Positions 14,270-27,167 of a stretch of 64,000 nt of DNA are shown piece after piece (position 1 is the stretch's first letter; every line of letters begins with the position of its first letter). The DNA is from Cenococcum geophilum. Its lineage: Eukaryota. The translations under genes were made by a program, and so were the position numbers. The notes below the pieces were generated by a model. It worked only from the letters and a program-made list of their open reading frames with translations, searched no databases and had not been told where the DNA came from. The stretch lies in assembly GCA_050273025.1 (NCBI GenBank), contig CP158636.1:7378001-7442000 (forward strand), given 5' to 3'.

Positions 14270-15350
14270 AGCCAAGCGACGATAATATAGGCGGAAATTA
14301 GCCTCCTTAAGGAGCTAATAATAATGCAGGCGGAAATCCTCTGGGAGGCAATAATAATATAGGCGGAAACCCTCCTTTAGGAGGCAATAATAATTTAGGC
14401 AGAAACCCTCCTTAAGAAGCCAATAATAATTTAAGCGGAAATCAGTCTCCTTAAGGAGCTAATAATAATCTAGGCGGAAATCCTCTTTTGGGAGCTAACA
14501 ATAATATAGGCGGAAATCCTCCTCTAGGAGGCAATAATAATCTAGGCGGAAATCCTCCTCTGGGAGCCAACAATAATATAGGCGGAAATCCTCCTCTAGG
14601 AGGCAATAATAATCTAGGCGGAAATCCTCCTCCTTTTCTAGAAGGCAATAACAATATAGGCAGAAATCCTCCTCTAGGAGGCAATAATAATCTAGGTAGA
14701 AATCCTCCTCCTTCTTTAAGAGGCAATAACAATACAGGCAGAAATCCTCCTCCTCCTCTAGGAGGCAATAACAATACAGGCGGAAATCCTCCTCCTCCTT
14801 TAGGAGGCAATAACAATATAGGCGGAAATCCTCCTCTGGGAGGCAATAATAATCTAAGCGGAAATCCTCCTCCTTTTTCAGGAGGCAATAACAATATAGG
14901 CGGAAATCCTCCTCTAGGAGGCAATAATAATCTAAGCGGAAATCCTCCTCCTCCTCCGGGAGGCAATAACAATATAGGCGGAAATCCTCCTCTAGGAGGC
15001 AATAATAATCTAAGTAGAAATCCTCCTCCTTTTCTGGGAGGTAATAACAATATAGGCGGAAATCCTCCTTCTTCTCTAGGAGGCAATAACAATATAGGCG
15101 GAAATCCTCCTTTAGGAGGCAATAATAATCTAGGTGGAAATCCTCCTCTAGGAGGCAATAATAATCTAGGCGGAAATCCTCCTCCTCCTCTAGGAGGCAA
15201 TAATAATATAGGCGGAAATCCTTCTTTGGGAGGCAATAATAATCTAGACGGAAATCAGCCTCCTTAAGGAGCTACTAATCTAGGCGGAAACCAGCCTTTT
15301 TAAGGAATTTTAAGTGTAGGGGCAGCTAATAGTACAGGCGGAAATTAAGC
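14270..15350 (+). repeat. Coding tandem repeat with 36/42-bp units (GGNNN[IL]GGNPP(PP)L)
   Basis: Unit ggaggcaataataatctaggcggaaatcctcctcta occurs more than 20 times, and length variants are multiples of 3. Confidence 0.95.
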
Positions 15351-15926
15351 CTTAAATGGCGTAATACTAACTACCGGACCTATACTATATCCGCGTAAAG
15401 GATAAGTTTATAATAATAGGGTTAAAAGAGAGATGGTAGGCTATAGACTATATACTAGTAGATATTAAGTACTTCTACAAACTCCCGCTCCTTAAGGGGG
15501 TTTCTTAGATTATAAATTAGTTGCATTACATCTTATAGGAGGGGAGGTAGTAGTTAACGCCTATATAGAGGCAATGCAGGATTAAGGGGAGGAGCCATTT
15601 ATCTTGGCTGACACTAGCATTGACCTCCTAAGGACTAAGGATAAAGGGTAAATACGGATTACGGGCTAAAGCGTTTTTAGACGTTATAGCACTCCTCTAG
15701 CTAGAGGGTATTTAAACGCGCCAATATAACATTTAAAGCTAGTATTTACGGACCAGCCTAGAGTGTATTAGTACGCCAAAAGCACGCTAGAGGGCTACTA
15801 TAATCGTCCCTAGGTTAAAAGTTTATTAAAAGGGCTATACGCAGTATCTGGAATTTCCCCTATAGATTTTATTCCTTTAAAAACGTGGTAAAGAGCTATA
15901 AGACCAAGATATAGACGTAGGGCCAT

Positions 15927-16050
15927 AAATATAGGAGCCACTACTAGAACCACAAATATAGGAGCTACTACTGGAACTATAAATATAGAAGCTACTACTG
16001 GAACTATAAACATAGGAGCTACTACTGGGACCGTAAATATAGGAGCTACG
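15927..16050 (+). repeat. 27-bp coding tandem repeat (NIGATTGTx), ~4.5 copies
   Basis: aaatataggagctactactggaactat is repeated. It is absent from copy 1. Confidence 0.85.
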
Positions 16051-19000
16051 GTAGGTCAAACCCCTTAGCCTACCTACGCAACTCCTCCGCCTCCCTATAC
16101 AACTCCCCTACTAGATAATAGCTATTAACCTCCTTTATAGGCTACTAATCTAGCTATAGAAGGATCTACTGTTAAAGAACGGCTTTTATATCTTAAAGCG
16201 ATAATTATAGAATTACTAAATGCGTAGCGCACTCATGGCTAGGGTTCTAGGGCTGCCTATAATCCGCTCCTAGACGTTACTTATTATAGACCGGCTTTTA
16301 ATACAAGGGTAGATAGATAAGGGAGTTCGAATTAGTATGGTTGTTTTATCCTTCCTTTAATCGTTTGTTCTTCTATATATTTGCTTTATTCTTTTATTAA
16401 GGTTCGCGCGTTTAATCTTTACTTATGGGTGCCTTTAGAGCATATTCCGTTTTGCTTACTTAGTACCTATTATTGGCGAGATCCGATTTTTATACGTAGA
16501 GAGAATTAGAATGGTTTTATAGTTTAACTTAAAAACAAAGGAATAAAATCGCAATCCCTTTAAATCTTGTCGCTTAGCAGTATATAGAGATGCTAAGAGA
16601 GTAGAGCCCTCGAGCCGGATCTACGGCTTAAGCCCAGTTCTTACCTAAAGGTTTAATTATATTATCCCTATTAAATAAGCCTTATTTTAAAGCGAAAAGC
16701 TAAAAGGCTGATTATAATAGATATTAATGTTGCTATTTAGAGGAAGGCGTGACTTCGCTTTAAATAGACATTTTTATATAACTATTTATAGATTTTTTTT
16801 AAAAGAGCGCTATACTTTAAGTTGTTAGGTATACCGCACTATATAAGCGCGCTAAACTATTATAATAATAATAATAATTCTTTAATTAACGTCTAATAGG
16901 GATCCTACTTAGCCTATGCAGACTACTCCGTTATAGGGGGAAAACTTATAGTTTATAGGAAGAAAACCCCTATAGTTAGGGGAGGAAAAACCCTATAAGC
17001 CACCTCAGTCGGATAAAAAACCCTAAATTGCTATGTTTGCACATAGCAGCGGCCCTATAGGCCTACAGCACGTCCTCCTCCTTAGATGTTTTGAACTCCT
17101 TAAAAACCACTACTTCCCTTTCCAGCTTATCCTAAGCTAGGGTTCACTACGCCCCAGCTAGGCCTTGCCGATTAATCGCCGTATATATATTGTTTCTCCC
17201 ATATCTTAACCGTCCCCTATATACTATCTCTTGTTAACCATTACCATATACGCCTTACCTCCCCCCCTAAAGCTATCGAAGGCGTAAGGGGGATTTATCC
17301 GTTCTAACTACCGTATTACTAACAGCGGGATATATTGTGTTGTATTGTATTTGGGTATCTTTTATACCTAGGCCTTAGCTAGGCCCTTTCTAAGGGTCAC
17401 TACTCCGTTAAAAGGAGATAAGGAAAACCGTGGGTCGCAATCTAGGCTGCTAGGTAGCTACGGCAGTAATAAAATGGCGAGTAACTATATACTCCGCGGG
17501 CGATCGCTCTAGGGGTTAAGAGGGGCCGTATATTTGCTCGCTACTCGTTCATTTGTTTACGTTCGTTTGTCCATCAATATAAGGTTATTAATGCTTTTAA
17601 TTGGGGGTTAGGGGACGTTAAATTCCATCTCGTATCCGTGAGGATTATATAGGGTTAAATAGGAGCGTAGCAGTTATCTACTATAAAGGGGGTTACCGTG
17701 GTTTTTGAGATCTCACCATCCTATATAAAAACTTTTCACTACCCCCTATAACATTTCGTCAACCACCACCACCTCCTACTTATAGCTGTGCAACGTCTCT
17801 ACGTTGGCTCTACTAAGTCTAAAGACTAGTAGGTTTGTAGGCCTTACTATATATAAGTGCAGAGTCTGATTTTAAGGACTAATATAAATTATATACTAAA
17901 GATCTATAAATTAGTTGCGTTTTCTTATAAAATAGATTAGCTAGTATTTCTCTAGTAAGAATTGGACTAGGCTTTCTCTAGTATTCTATAATTCTTTACG
18001 GCTATTAGCCTATATATAATTAGGTTTATATTATTAACAAAGCCTATCCCCTAGTTCTTATATAAAGTTAAGGGTAGCTTATACGCTCTTAGCCTAAGGA
18101 ATAGATATACCATAGATGCCAGTTAGTCTACTTTGACCCCCCTCCCCCCTAAGGTAAGCAGTTGAATTTAGTTCGTGCTGTATAAGACAATAAGTTATAA
18201 GGGAGCATACTAGGAGGATTGCTGAAACGCCCCTAATATATACTAGCAATACGTAAATCCGTAACACTAGAAGGAAGAGAGAATATTGCTATAATTTAAT
18301 AAGCTAAGCGGTGCCGCCTTAACCATCTATAGGGGCTTAATTTAAGGTTACTTATTCATAGGCATAAATATACGCTTAGGATCCAAGTGTAAGAGGTTAC
18401 CGTGTTATAAATCGCAGCGCCAATAGCGTCGGAATACAGATCGCCTTATTACCGCTCCTTAAACCATAGAATGATTTCACTAATATTAAGGCGCTAACCG
18501 GTAATACTCTTTTGGCTAGATAGGCTCTGCATAAACTAGTAACTATACCGTAAATAGTTAGGTTTCTTAAGACCACATCTTAGGGGACTTTAGGAAGGAT
18601 TAGATAATATAAATTATTTATCTTTCTTATATACAGGCATACGATGCGGTAATCCCTCGGGTTGCCTGTCCGTTAGTAATAGTAGTATACGTTAATAATA
18701 ATACTAAGAGAGCGGGGCTCTTAAGTAGGATATGCGGCTTTATGCGCCCTATTACGTTATATTATAGGTAACGGGACGCTAGAGCGTATTAAAAGCCCCT
18801 AAAGGGCATCCGATAGTGTGGCTTACAAAATTCCCTTACCTAAGATAGCGCTTTAAACTATTAGTTGGCACTAGGATCTCTAAGTAATAAAACGCGTATC
18901 GGACTCATAGCTCTTCTAGATCCTAGCAATTGGATACTTATATAAGCTAATAAGAATTAAGACTATATACACTACTATCAGCCAAGCAACCCTAAGATCC

Positions 19001-20689
19001 GCATTTTATATTTTCTATCTCTATTAACCACGTAACAGCTATTAATCCTTATTTCTAAAACGGTTATATAATACCGCTATTAGGGCATCCGGCCGGCTTT
19101 AGTTGCCATATAGCGGCGTAATCATTTATAATAACTTTTAGTGGAGCATTTCAATATCCTAGGATGCCAGAATGCCCGCAAGATTTATATATATATATAC
19201 GCGTCCTCTCGATCCAATCCTTTCTCGCTATTCTTATCACCATTACAGTTTTATAATAATTAATCAACCTTTAATACGTTTTTAAGCACTACACTAGGAT
19301 AACCTAGAAATTCAAGCCGTAATGAAATTTAATAACTTAGGCGCATCCGCAAGTATAGAGCTAATAAATGTCCAAAAAGAGGCTCTAAGCTAGAAGGTAG
19401 GAGCAGACTACTAAGAGACGGTTGCCGTATAAATAACGAGCTGATTATTAATTAGGGTGCGAGAGTGTTAATTAGTAAAAGCAAAGTGCTGCTAATACTC
19501 TTTAATAAATTCGTTACTAAGGTTACCTAAGACGTAATAGTTGGAATATAGGTTTAGCCCAAGGTACGTAAAAGGGCTATTTATTAAGAGCGCATCCCGT
19601 TTAGAGGATCTTACTATTAATTAGCCCAGTTCCCTTGGCTTATATATAGTCTATATAAGAAAGCCCCTAAGGCTACTTAATCTCTAGCCAATATAATCCT
19701 AGAGTATAGCGATATAAATAGCGGCACACAGGATGTAACTAGAGGGCCATAGCAGCTCTAGGAGGACATAGAGGATAAAGCTGCAAAGTCCGTAAGATAT
19801 AAGGGTTATTCCTATTAGTCTCTAAAATCCGCTAAGGCTAAGGTAAAGAAAGACGACCCTCTAGGCAAGCTCAATCTATAGCAAAGTAGAAGTAGCCTTA
19901 GTATTAATTACTTAACTTAACCGGCTACTCCAGTATCTGGGGATATGCTAATCTATTAGGATAAACGCGGAGTTTTTAAAGATGGTAATGGATATAGTGA
20001 GATTAGGAAAGATACTACTGCATTACCGGCACCGGATAAAGGTATATATAATAACAAGGTCGAAGTATACCACCTTGAATTAAGCAACGGTGTTAATGCT
20101 ACTAAAGAGGATTTCGCGAGAGTAGAATTGGTAATAGGTCGCCAATAGATTAGCGGTGCACCCATAAAGAAAGGAATCCTAGAATCTAGAACCACCCCAG
20201 CGTTAAATAGAGATCAAAATTAATAACTAGAGCCTGTGGAATTAGGGAGGCGTACTATCCTACCTTAAGCACCGTCGCTAAGCATAGTAGCCCTAGCTAC
20301 ACCGGCGTAATAGATAAAAAGAAATATATTTATCTTACCTTAGACGGAAGAGATTTACAGAGAGAAGATACTAACATCGGTTAAGAGTATTTCCTCATTA
20401 CCTAGCCCTACTATAGGCTCGCCTTCTATAGAGGTCACTATAGTAAGGGATATAGTCCTTAAGGCAGTCTAGATTATTTACGGATTCAGCTAGTATTAGT
20501 AAGGGGTTTTAAAGGCGGTTTACTTAAGGATCCTATAAACGTTACGGGCGGATAGTAAGGAGCTTTCGAGCCTGCCAAATTTAGGTAAGTAGTTAGATAG
20601 CTCTATATAGATGCGTGTACTAGAAGCGGGATTATCCAAGACCTAAAGAGTTATAATATTTAATATGCTGGAGTATATAGGAGCTTAGG

Positions 20690-22240
20690 AGTAGTATAAT
20701 AGGTAGGTTAAACTAGCGCAAGTTATAATCTATACTAAGAGGAATAAGCTAGTAGACCGCAGGGGCGCATTAATTTATGTACTAGATAAAATGCAAGGTT
20801 GGTAGATAAGAACTAAGCAACCTAGAAAGTAGGTTAGAGGCGTTAAAAGACTAACTATAGGAGAATACTGTAGTAGATCTAGTAACTTAATAGATATTAG
20901 TATTATAGAGAGGAATAGATAATTATAAAGGAAGCGGATTAATACGTAGCTTAGTAGAGGGTATAAGCTAAGCATAAAGCTTGTAAAAGAACTTGGCCTA
21001 GGAATACTCTTTAACCTAAACATCTAGTAAGCGGCCTGCCCCCTAAATACCTATCAGCTGCTAAGAAACCAATTTTAAGTAGGGAGTATACTAAGAAAGA
21101 TATAGAGTAACTTAATATCCTAATTAAAGACATTTAGGCAGACTTAAAGCGTATACAACTGCTCCAAATTCTAAGTCAACAGTTAGAGCTGTTAATAAAT
21201 AAAGGAAAGCCTAACCTTCACTTCCTATTCACTTCGCTAACGGTAAAGAGTCTTATATTAGAAGAAGAGTATAGGGAATTAATGGCTACTTTTACGCTAG
21301 AGGCGGTAAGTTACTTATTTAAGGAGAGAAGCTTACGGACTAACGCAGATATTTCTAGCACAGAAGGCAATACTAGAGGGATCCTTGGATGCTACTATTA
21401 ACCGCCTAATAGAGAATGTTAGTATTAAAGTCCTAGGTAAGCGGAAGCTTAAAGAAGACGATGGTGTCTCTATAGAAGACGGAATAGAGCTACCGTGCAA
21501 TATATTTAATAGGCTTCGCTAAGGTAAATAGTTTAACAGATAGCTTTTAATGGCTGGTATAATAATGTCCGACAAACCGTCTTTTGTAAGATACGGTTAT
21601 AGTGTCCCGCTAGACCAATTTGAGAAATTCGGTAGGAACGGTAAGATGAAACGCGTCGCTAGGCCTCTAGCGGGTTGGAGAAAGAAAGTTAAAGCGTTCT
21701 ATAGAGAAGCCCGGAAAGAGTATAGAGAGGAATCTTATCTAGTGTACTTTTACCTATTAAACTGCAAAGGCAGCTATTTTACATTGCTTAAGATAAATGG
21801 GCAAGAGGAAAAGATCTATTACTATAATTTGATAGTAAATGGAGATGTTATTAATAGCATATTAGAATCGACTTAAGTTAGGAAGCTCGTATAAGTGAGT
21901 TAGGGTTCGGCTAAATAATTAAAGATATGGCTAACATTATAGTAGGAGGAGTTTGGCTACTTAAAGTTTAAATATATTAAGGCGGTACGTACTAGAACCC
22001 TAGGTAATATTATTACTAACAGGCTAATCCCGGACTTTGGTAAGTAGCCTACCCCCTAATAGAAAGATAGGTCTAGCTACGGCCTAATAGTTATAAAAAA
22101 CTCAGCGCTTCGGATAAACAATCTTTCGGTTAGCAGTTAGGACGACGTATTAAATCCTAAACGCTTAAGGATAAATATTATAGAGGCTTTTAAGACTTGC
22201 ATCTCGGAAAAGGCTCTATAGCAAACTAGATATACTTAGA
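20690..22240 (+). pseudogene. Ulp1/C48-like cysteine peptidase-domain gene (5' end undefined, probably further upstream)
   Basis: De-RIP readings are LNCKGSHFTLLEING...IYHYDS (ORF 21550-21876) and PTPQQKD(G)SSCGL(M)VIKN at ~22048-22100, which match the His/Asp and Gln/Cys motifs of C48 peptidases. Confidence 0.65.
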
Positions 22241-23499
22241 ACTTGGGGCAGCTCTCTAACAAATCTAAGTAAAATGACCGGATAGGTTCGGCCACGGGAT
22301 CCGATGGGCCTAGCACAGTCTCTATAAATAACTCGATAAAGGTTAGTAGATATATAACTAGAGGTACAAAACAGTTAAGAATGTAATCACTCTAAAGAAA
22401 GGCCGTATAGATCTTACGACGGTGTAGTAGTTGCGACGGTTCTATCTTAGTGCGCTAATAAGTGTCTTTATATATAATAGTTAGAAACTCCTAAGAAATC
22501 TACGCGCTTATTATATAATCCTTATAATCCTCAGCCACCGGAGAATCCAATACTCTAAGCCGCCTTTTAACTGTACCTCTTAGTCCTTAACTTAAGCTGC
22601 CTTCTTCCTTAATTATTAGTCTAACTTATTTGTAGTTATATATAATTACTTCTGCAAGATTAGTACTATGCTTTCCAATTATAGGTGCTATAGAACAGCA
22701 AGAGCCCTATTTCTCTATGCGCCTTCTTTTATATAACTAAAGCTTTTTAATCGCCACTTTACGGTTAGCGTCGTCTATAATGCTAAGTACTTCCATCCGC
22801 TTAGATTCTTCTATTAAGGAGAGAGCAGATACTTACTTCTTTATTGCCACTAGTTAGACAATTCTTAGACAATCTACAACGTCTATACTCTTAAGGACGG
22901 CTTTAAGGACCTTTTTTGGCGTAAGTGATAGTATATATACACTAGTAGGCTTATTTACCAAATACTTATAAAAGGTATGGAGGGAGGGTATACTTATACT
23001 ATTAAGAAGGGATCTCTGACCCTCTTTATCTAAGTTGCTAAATGCCGTTAATAGAGGTTCTATAGATATATTAAAGACCTTACTTAGTATATATATTTAT
23101 TACAGCAAGATAGAAGGCATATTATATAGGAGGAAGCTATAGAGAGTATTTAGGACCGTTTTAAGGAACCCCTAAATTTAGAAGTGTGCCCGTCTAAACC
23201 CGTAAGCGGGCCCGTCTTCCTTAATATGCCTAAAGCCCAACCCATCTTTATAGGAGAATTAATGGACGTCTTATTAAAAATATTGCTACTTATTATTTCA
23301 ATATTAATCTTAGTGTATGTCCTCGCATTGTTATTTATAGGGGGTCTCTATTATCTTATTAGAAATTCTAGTTAATAAAATCTAGAGCGATAATGCTCTT
23401 TATACCTTAATTAGCCTAAGTATTAATATAATTTTCTATTAAACTGCTCTACGATTCACTATACTTAGCTACTTCTCTATTATACTACGTCCTAATTCT

Positions 23500-24040
23500 A
23501 TCTAGCTTTCTTAGGTTCCACGCCAGAGTTAGCGCCAATAGAGCTATATATGAACCGATTATTCCAATTATAAATTTGGCCGTTATAGACTAGTGTCCGC
23601 TTTGCGCAGTATAGACACTAATAAGCGTTATAAATAAGCCGGTAAACGAATTAAGTAGACTGGGCCTATCTAATAAGTTAATACACATTCTCTATACAGC
23701 TATAAATGACTTATAAGCAGATCCAAGCAATCAGCCATATATAATTATTCCACCACTTCCGCTACAACTAATATATGCCAACTGTTCCAACAATATAGCA
23801 AACGCCTACTATAGGTAGAAGCGGCGCATTCTTAACAGTATATTGGACGAATTTCCCTCTTTCACTATTATTAAGACTATTAGAATTTTAAAGAGAGGTG
23901 AATGTGCTAGGGAACACAATATATCCTGTAAGGATAAGCTAGGAAAAAATTGTAGTAAGGGCATTATGCCAAGTAAAAGCTTCATTTACTTAGACAGATA
24001 TTACTATATAGGGTGTTTATATGGTAGGTACTTTATAAGG
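23500..24040 (-). pseudogene. Small multi-pass membrane protein of an uncharacterised fungal family
   Basis: The minus strand reads L(A)GYIVFP(G)TFTSL, V(Q)NAPLLPI, WRKWWNNYIWLIAWI and PSLLNSFTGLFITLISVYTAQSGHWSITAK, with hydrophobic segments. Confidence 0.5.
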
Positions 24041-24523
24041 TATATATTTCTTATCTTAATTTAAGGCTTTAGGGTTTCTAAAAATAAATTAAGGTTAGGT
24101 ATATTGGGCGGCGGAGGGAACGCTAACTAGCACGCTTATTATAGATATTATATAGTAGCAGAGCTAGTTTAACTTAATAAGTAGTACTTAGTGCTATAGA
24201 GGGCCTTTTTATAATTATAATTTATAAGGGGCCCAATTCCGGTCCCTTTATATTTATAAATAAACTTCGGCTATATCCGGATTAAGATAACTAAAGGAAA
24301 CAAGTTTATTTACAGTAGAGGGTATCCGTTTTAGGGCACCTTATAAGAGTCTTAGGCAATAGTGGGTTAACGAGCTATATATATTCTTAGTAGTGGCTTA
24401 GCAAATGTTAGGTATACTATATTCCCGCCTTATTGAATTTAATACTTAGCCTTTTGGTGGTAAACTGATTTCTAAGGCAACCAGTAATGTTAACGGTTAG
24501 GTTATATTTTAAAAATAAGGTTA

Positions 24524-26330
24524 ACGTCCGTCCCTATATCGAGAGACGCACCCTATCCTAAGACGAATCCACGGTTTAGATATTTTAAGTCTCTCCCTTG
24601 CGAGTTTGCGAAGTTGTTGTTAATATATCACTGTTCTTTAGCTATTTCTCCCCTAGGAAACCAGTCTGTAATGAGAATTACTATAGTCTTAGTTATAGAG
24701 CGCATTATTAGGAAAAGGCTACTATACAAAATAGTAGCGCGACTATTAGAGACATTCCGTATGGTGTAGGTAGAGGTTACTAGCCGAATTATACCTAATT
24801 AAACAAGATACTTATATAATTGATAAGCCGAGCAAATATCGCCTATAGACGCTAGTTAACGTCGCCCAAAAATCCTTTGCTAAGGGCATATTTAATAACT
24901 TTTTTTAGCTAGGTCGACTCTACTAGGTAGGCGCCTTAAAAAACCTACCTAGGTTTACCTGGGCCCACCTAGTTACGAACGGGCTACCGATATCGATATC
25001 TACCTAGTAGATACTGTCCGTTCGGCGCCCCAGGTGGATTTTAGGCAGATTGGCCGTCTTAGCAGCTAAAAAGGAGGTCTGACCTAGCTAGGTGGAGGCG
25101 TTCGTGTTAACCGCGACTGCGCTCCCAAATCTAGTATAGTAGCGAGTTCTGTTAGCAATTTAAGCCACCTAGGCAGTTTACTTAGGCGAATTCCATAAGT
25201 ACCTACCGTTTTGAAGGGGGGGTACTTATTAAACCCCGGTACGACTAGGTTGATTAATTCTGCCCTTCTACGATATTTTTAACCTATTCTTACTATTATA
25301 TAATCTAATTCGACGCCAACTATAAAACCTTATATATTGGCTACAGTATTGATAAGCTCTAACTAATCGTTCTATATAGGCTTTTCTAACGCCCTAGGTA
25401 GATTATAACTATTAGCCTTATTTGGCGACGCCCCTTTCTAGCAAATCGCTTACTAAATAAACGCCTTCCACTAGGTGGAAAGCACTGCTTTAGCGTCTAG
25501 AAGAGGCGCTTATATCCTGAAGATTGCGCCTAGGTGGGCCTTAAAATCGTCGACCTGGCTACGCCTACCTGGTAGAGTCGACCTGGCCAAAAAAAGTTAT
25601 TAAACGTGCCCTAAGTATGCGAGTCGACTCCTATTCTAGTAGAATAATAAAGGGAATTAAAGCGCGATGCAGAAAAAGCTGTAGTAGTTAATGGTAAGCC
25701 TAGTTAGAAGCGTAAAGCCTCTATATTAGAAGTGCCGTAGGCTATAAGGATACGGAAGAGTGAATTAAAAGTTACCCTTTTAGTTCCGCGGATGCGTCGG
25801 CCAGAAGAAGTAAAAAAACGCGCAGCTATAGGCCTAAAGCTATAAGGGAGATCGCGCATATTATCTAAAGTAAAATACCCTATAATTAATTTTGCAAGAA
25901 GTGCTAAGTTATCTTACTCTGACTAGGGATCCTTAACTACTTAATTAAAGGTACCGATGTGGCGACGTTGTATATTATAGCACGCCACGGCCGCTATAAG
26001 GCTGATAATGACTTCTTAGGTTTATATGGGACTCTTAGGCTTAAATAAGGGTCTTATAAGTTTTGTCAGCGGTATAAGCTTAATAGTAGTGCTGTAGAGG
26101 AGAGCTGTTTTATATAAAAAGATGGCTCTTAGCAAATTAGGGGGGCGGCAACGATATGACTATAATTTTTAGGTAGCCGAGGTTAAGTGTGTTTAGGATT
26201 GGTTATAAGGTACGACTAAAGCGGAACAACGCAAATATTAAGACACTATTAGAGTTTCTATTGCTTCGAACTTAAAGTACCTATAGTTTATCTTGTTACA
26301 GTATGCGTTTCGGGACCTAGGGACGGACAT
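24524..26330. mobile_element. pogo-like TIR element (internally deleted), same family as 1962-5347
   Basis: Ends are TA|ACGTCCGTCCCTATATCGAGAGACGCAC and GTATGCGTTTCGGGACCTAGGGACGGACAT|TA. A transposase C-terminal-like remnant LVNVAQKSFA lies at ~24852-24880. Confidence 0.7.
24884..25611. mobile_element. PIF/Harbinger (Tourist-like) non-autonomous element
   Basis: TIRs of ~50 bp: GGGCATATTTAATAACTTTTTTTAGCTAGGTCGACTCTAC and GTAGAGTCGACCTGGCCAAAAAAAGTTATTAAACGTGCCC. TAA lies on both sides. Confidence 0.85.
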
Positions 26331-27167
26331 TAAAACCAATCCAAAATACAATTTTAAGGCTTAAACCGGTTACAGCACTGGTTAAACTAGATTTAACCAG
26401 ATAACACGTCTTAACGTCCCTCCCTGCGTGCCGAAAAACCCTACGTGCCGGAAACCCACTAGTGCTTTTCATTATAACAAAGTCAACAATAATTAAGAGG
26501 CGTAGATAATCTCGGAATAAAGACATTAAATCCTAAGCTTTATCTAAACTATATATCTTCTATAGAAAACTCCTACTTAGCCTATAATACTACAATTCAC
26601 CATAGGTATATATACTAGCGTCACTTCGGACAGCCTCGGATCTACTAGAAAGTTAGTACATCCTATCTAAAAACTTATTAAGCTGTGGATAGATATAGAA
26701 AGATTCTATACTAAGCAAAGTATTTAAATATCTAAGCTTATTGCGCTTTAATAGCGACCTAATGCCTTATTAAGCAGGGGTCGATAAATAAGAGCCTTAC
26801 TTTCTAACTATATAGTAAATCTAGAAGCGGGATAGCCGTATTGCCCTATAACTCCCCTATAGCGCTAAGCATGGCCTTTACCTTAATAGTTTAGCTTTAA
26901 GCGGAACACCCTCGTAGCCTTAAGTAATGGTATATACTAGACGGTACTAGTAGCTCGTATACTCTAGAGCCTAGTTTTCGCCACCTATGGCTCAGTCTTC
27001 CTAGTTAACGATTTTCTTCCCACACTCCTATTAAATTTAGTACATCTCGATAAGGGTCTAGTCGGTGTAGTTCGGCCACCCTCCCTACTAGCAGGGGCAA
27101 GTGTAAAGTATTTTACGCTTTAATCACCTACTGTAAATACTGCTAATTATACTACCGCTAAACTTGT

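Larger units (their letters stand above)
13429..16290 (+). pseudogene. Double RING-finger protein, copy 2, with a GGNNNxGGNPP low-complexity insert
   Basis: De-RIP readings are CSHIIHQDCIQRSGLNNGCPVC and MECLICQNVLTW...VLPCNHRFHQNCIPLSSLVARCPKC (~14071-14196). ORF 14488-15267 is the internal repeat. Confidence 0.7.
12045..16560 (+). repeat. Copy 2 of the direct segmental duplication
   Basis: Collinear with 1-11370 but lacks the segments at ~64-519, ~873-5460 and ~6065-7670. Confidence 0.85.

Noticed and set aside
14451..15236. 261-aa minus-strand ORF (PPRGGFPPILLL)n
   Set aside because: It is the antisense shadow of the plus-strand repeat inside the RING gene.
17800..20690. Additional RIP-degraded coding sequence (also ~6750-7520, 22380-23400, 48110-48480, 52430-53100)
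   Set aside because: These are probably pseudogenes, but no family motif could be identified by eye, so they are not annotated.
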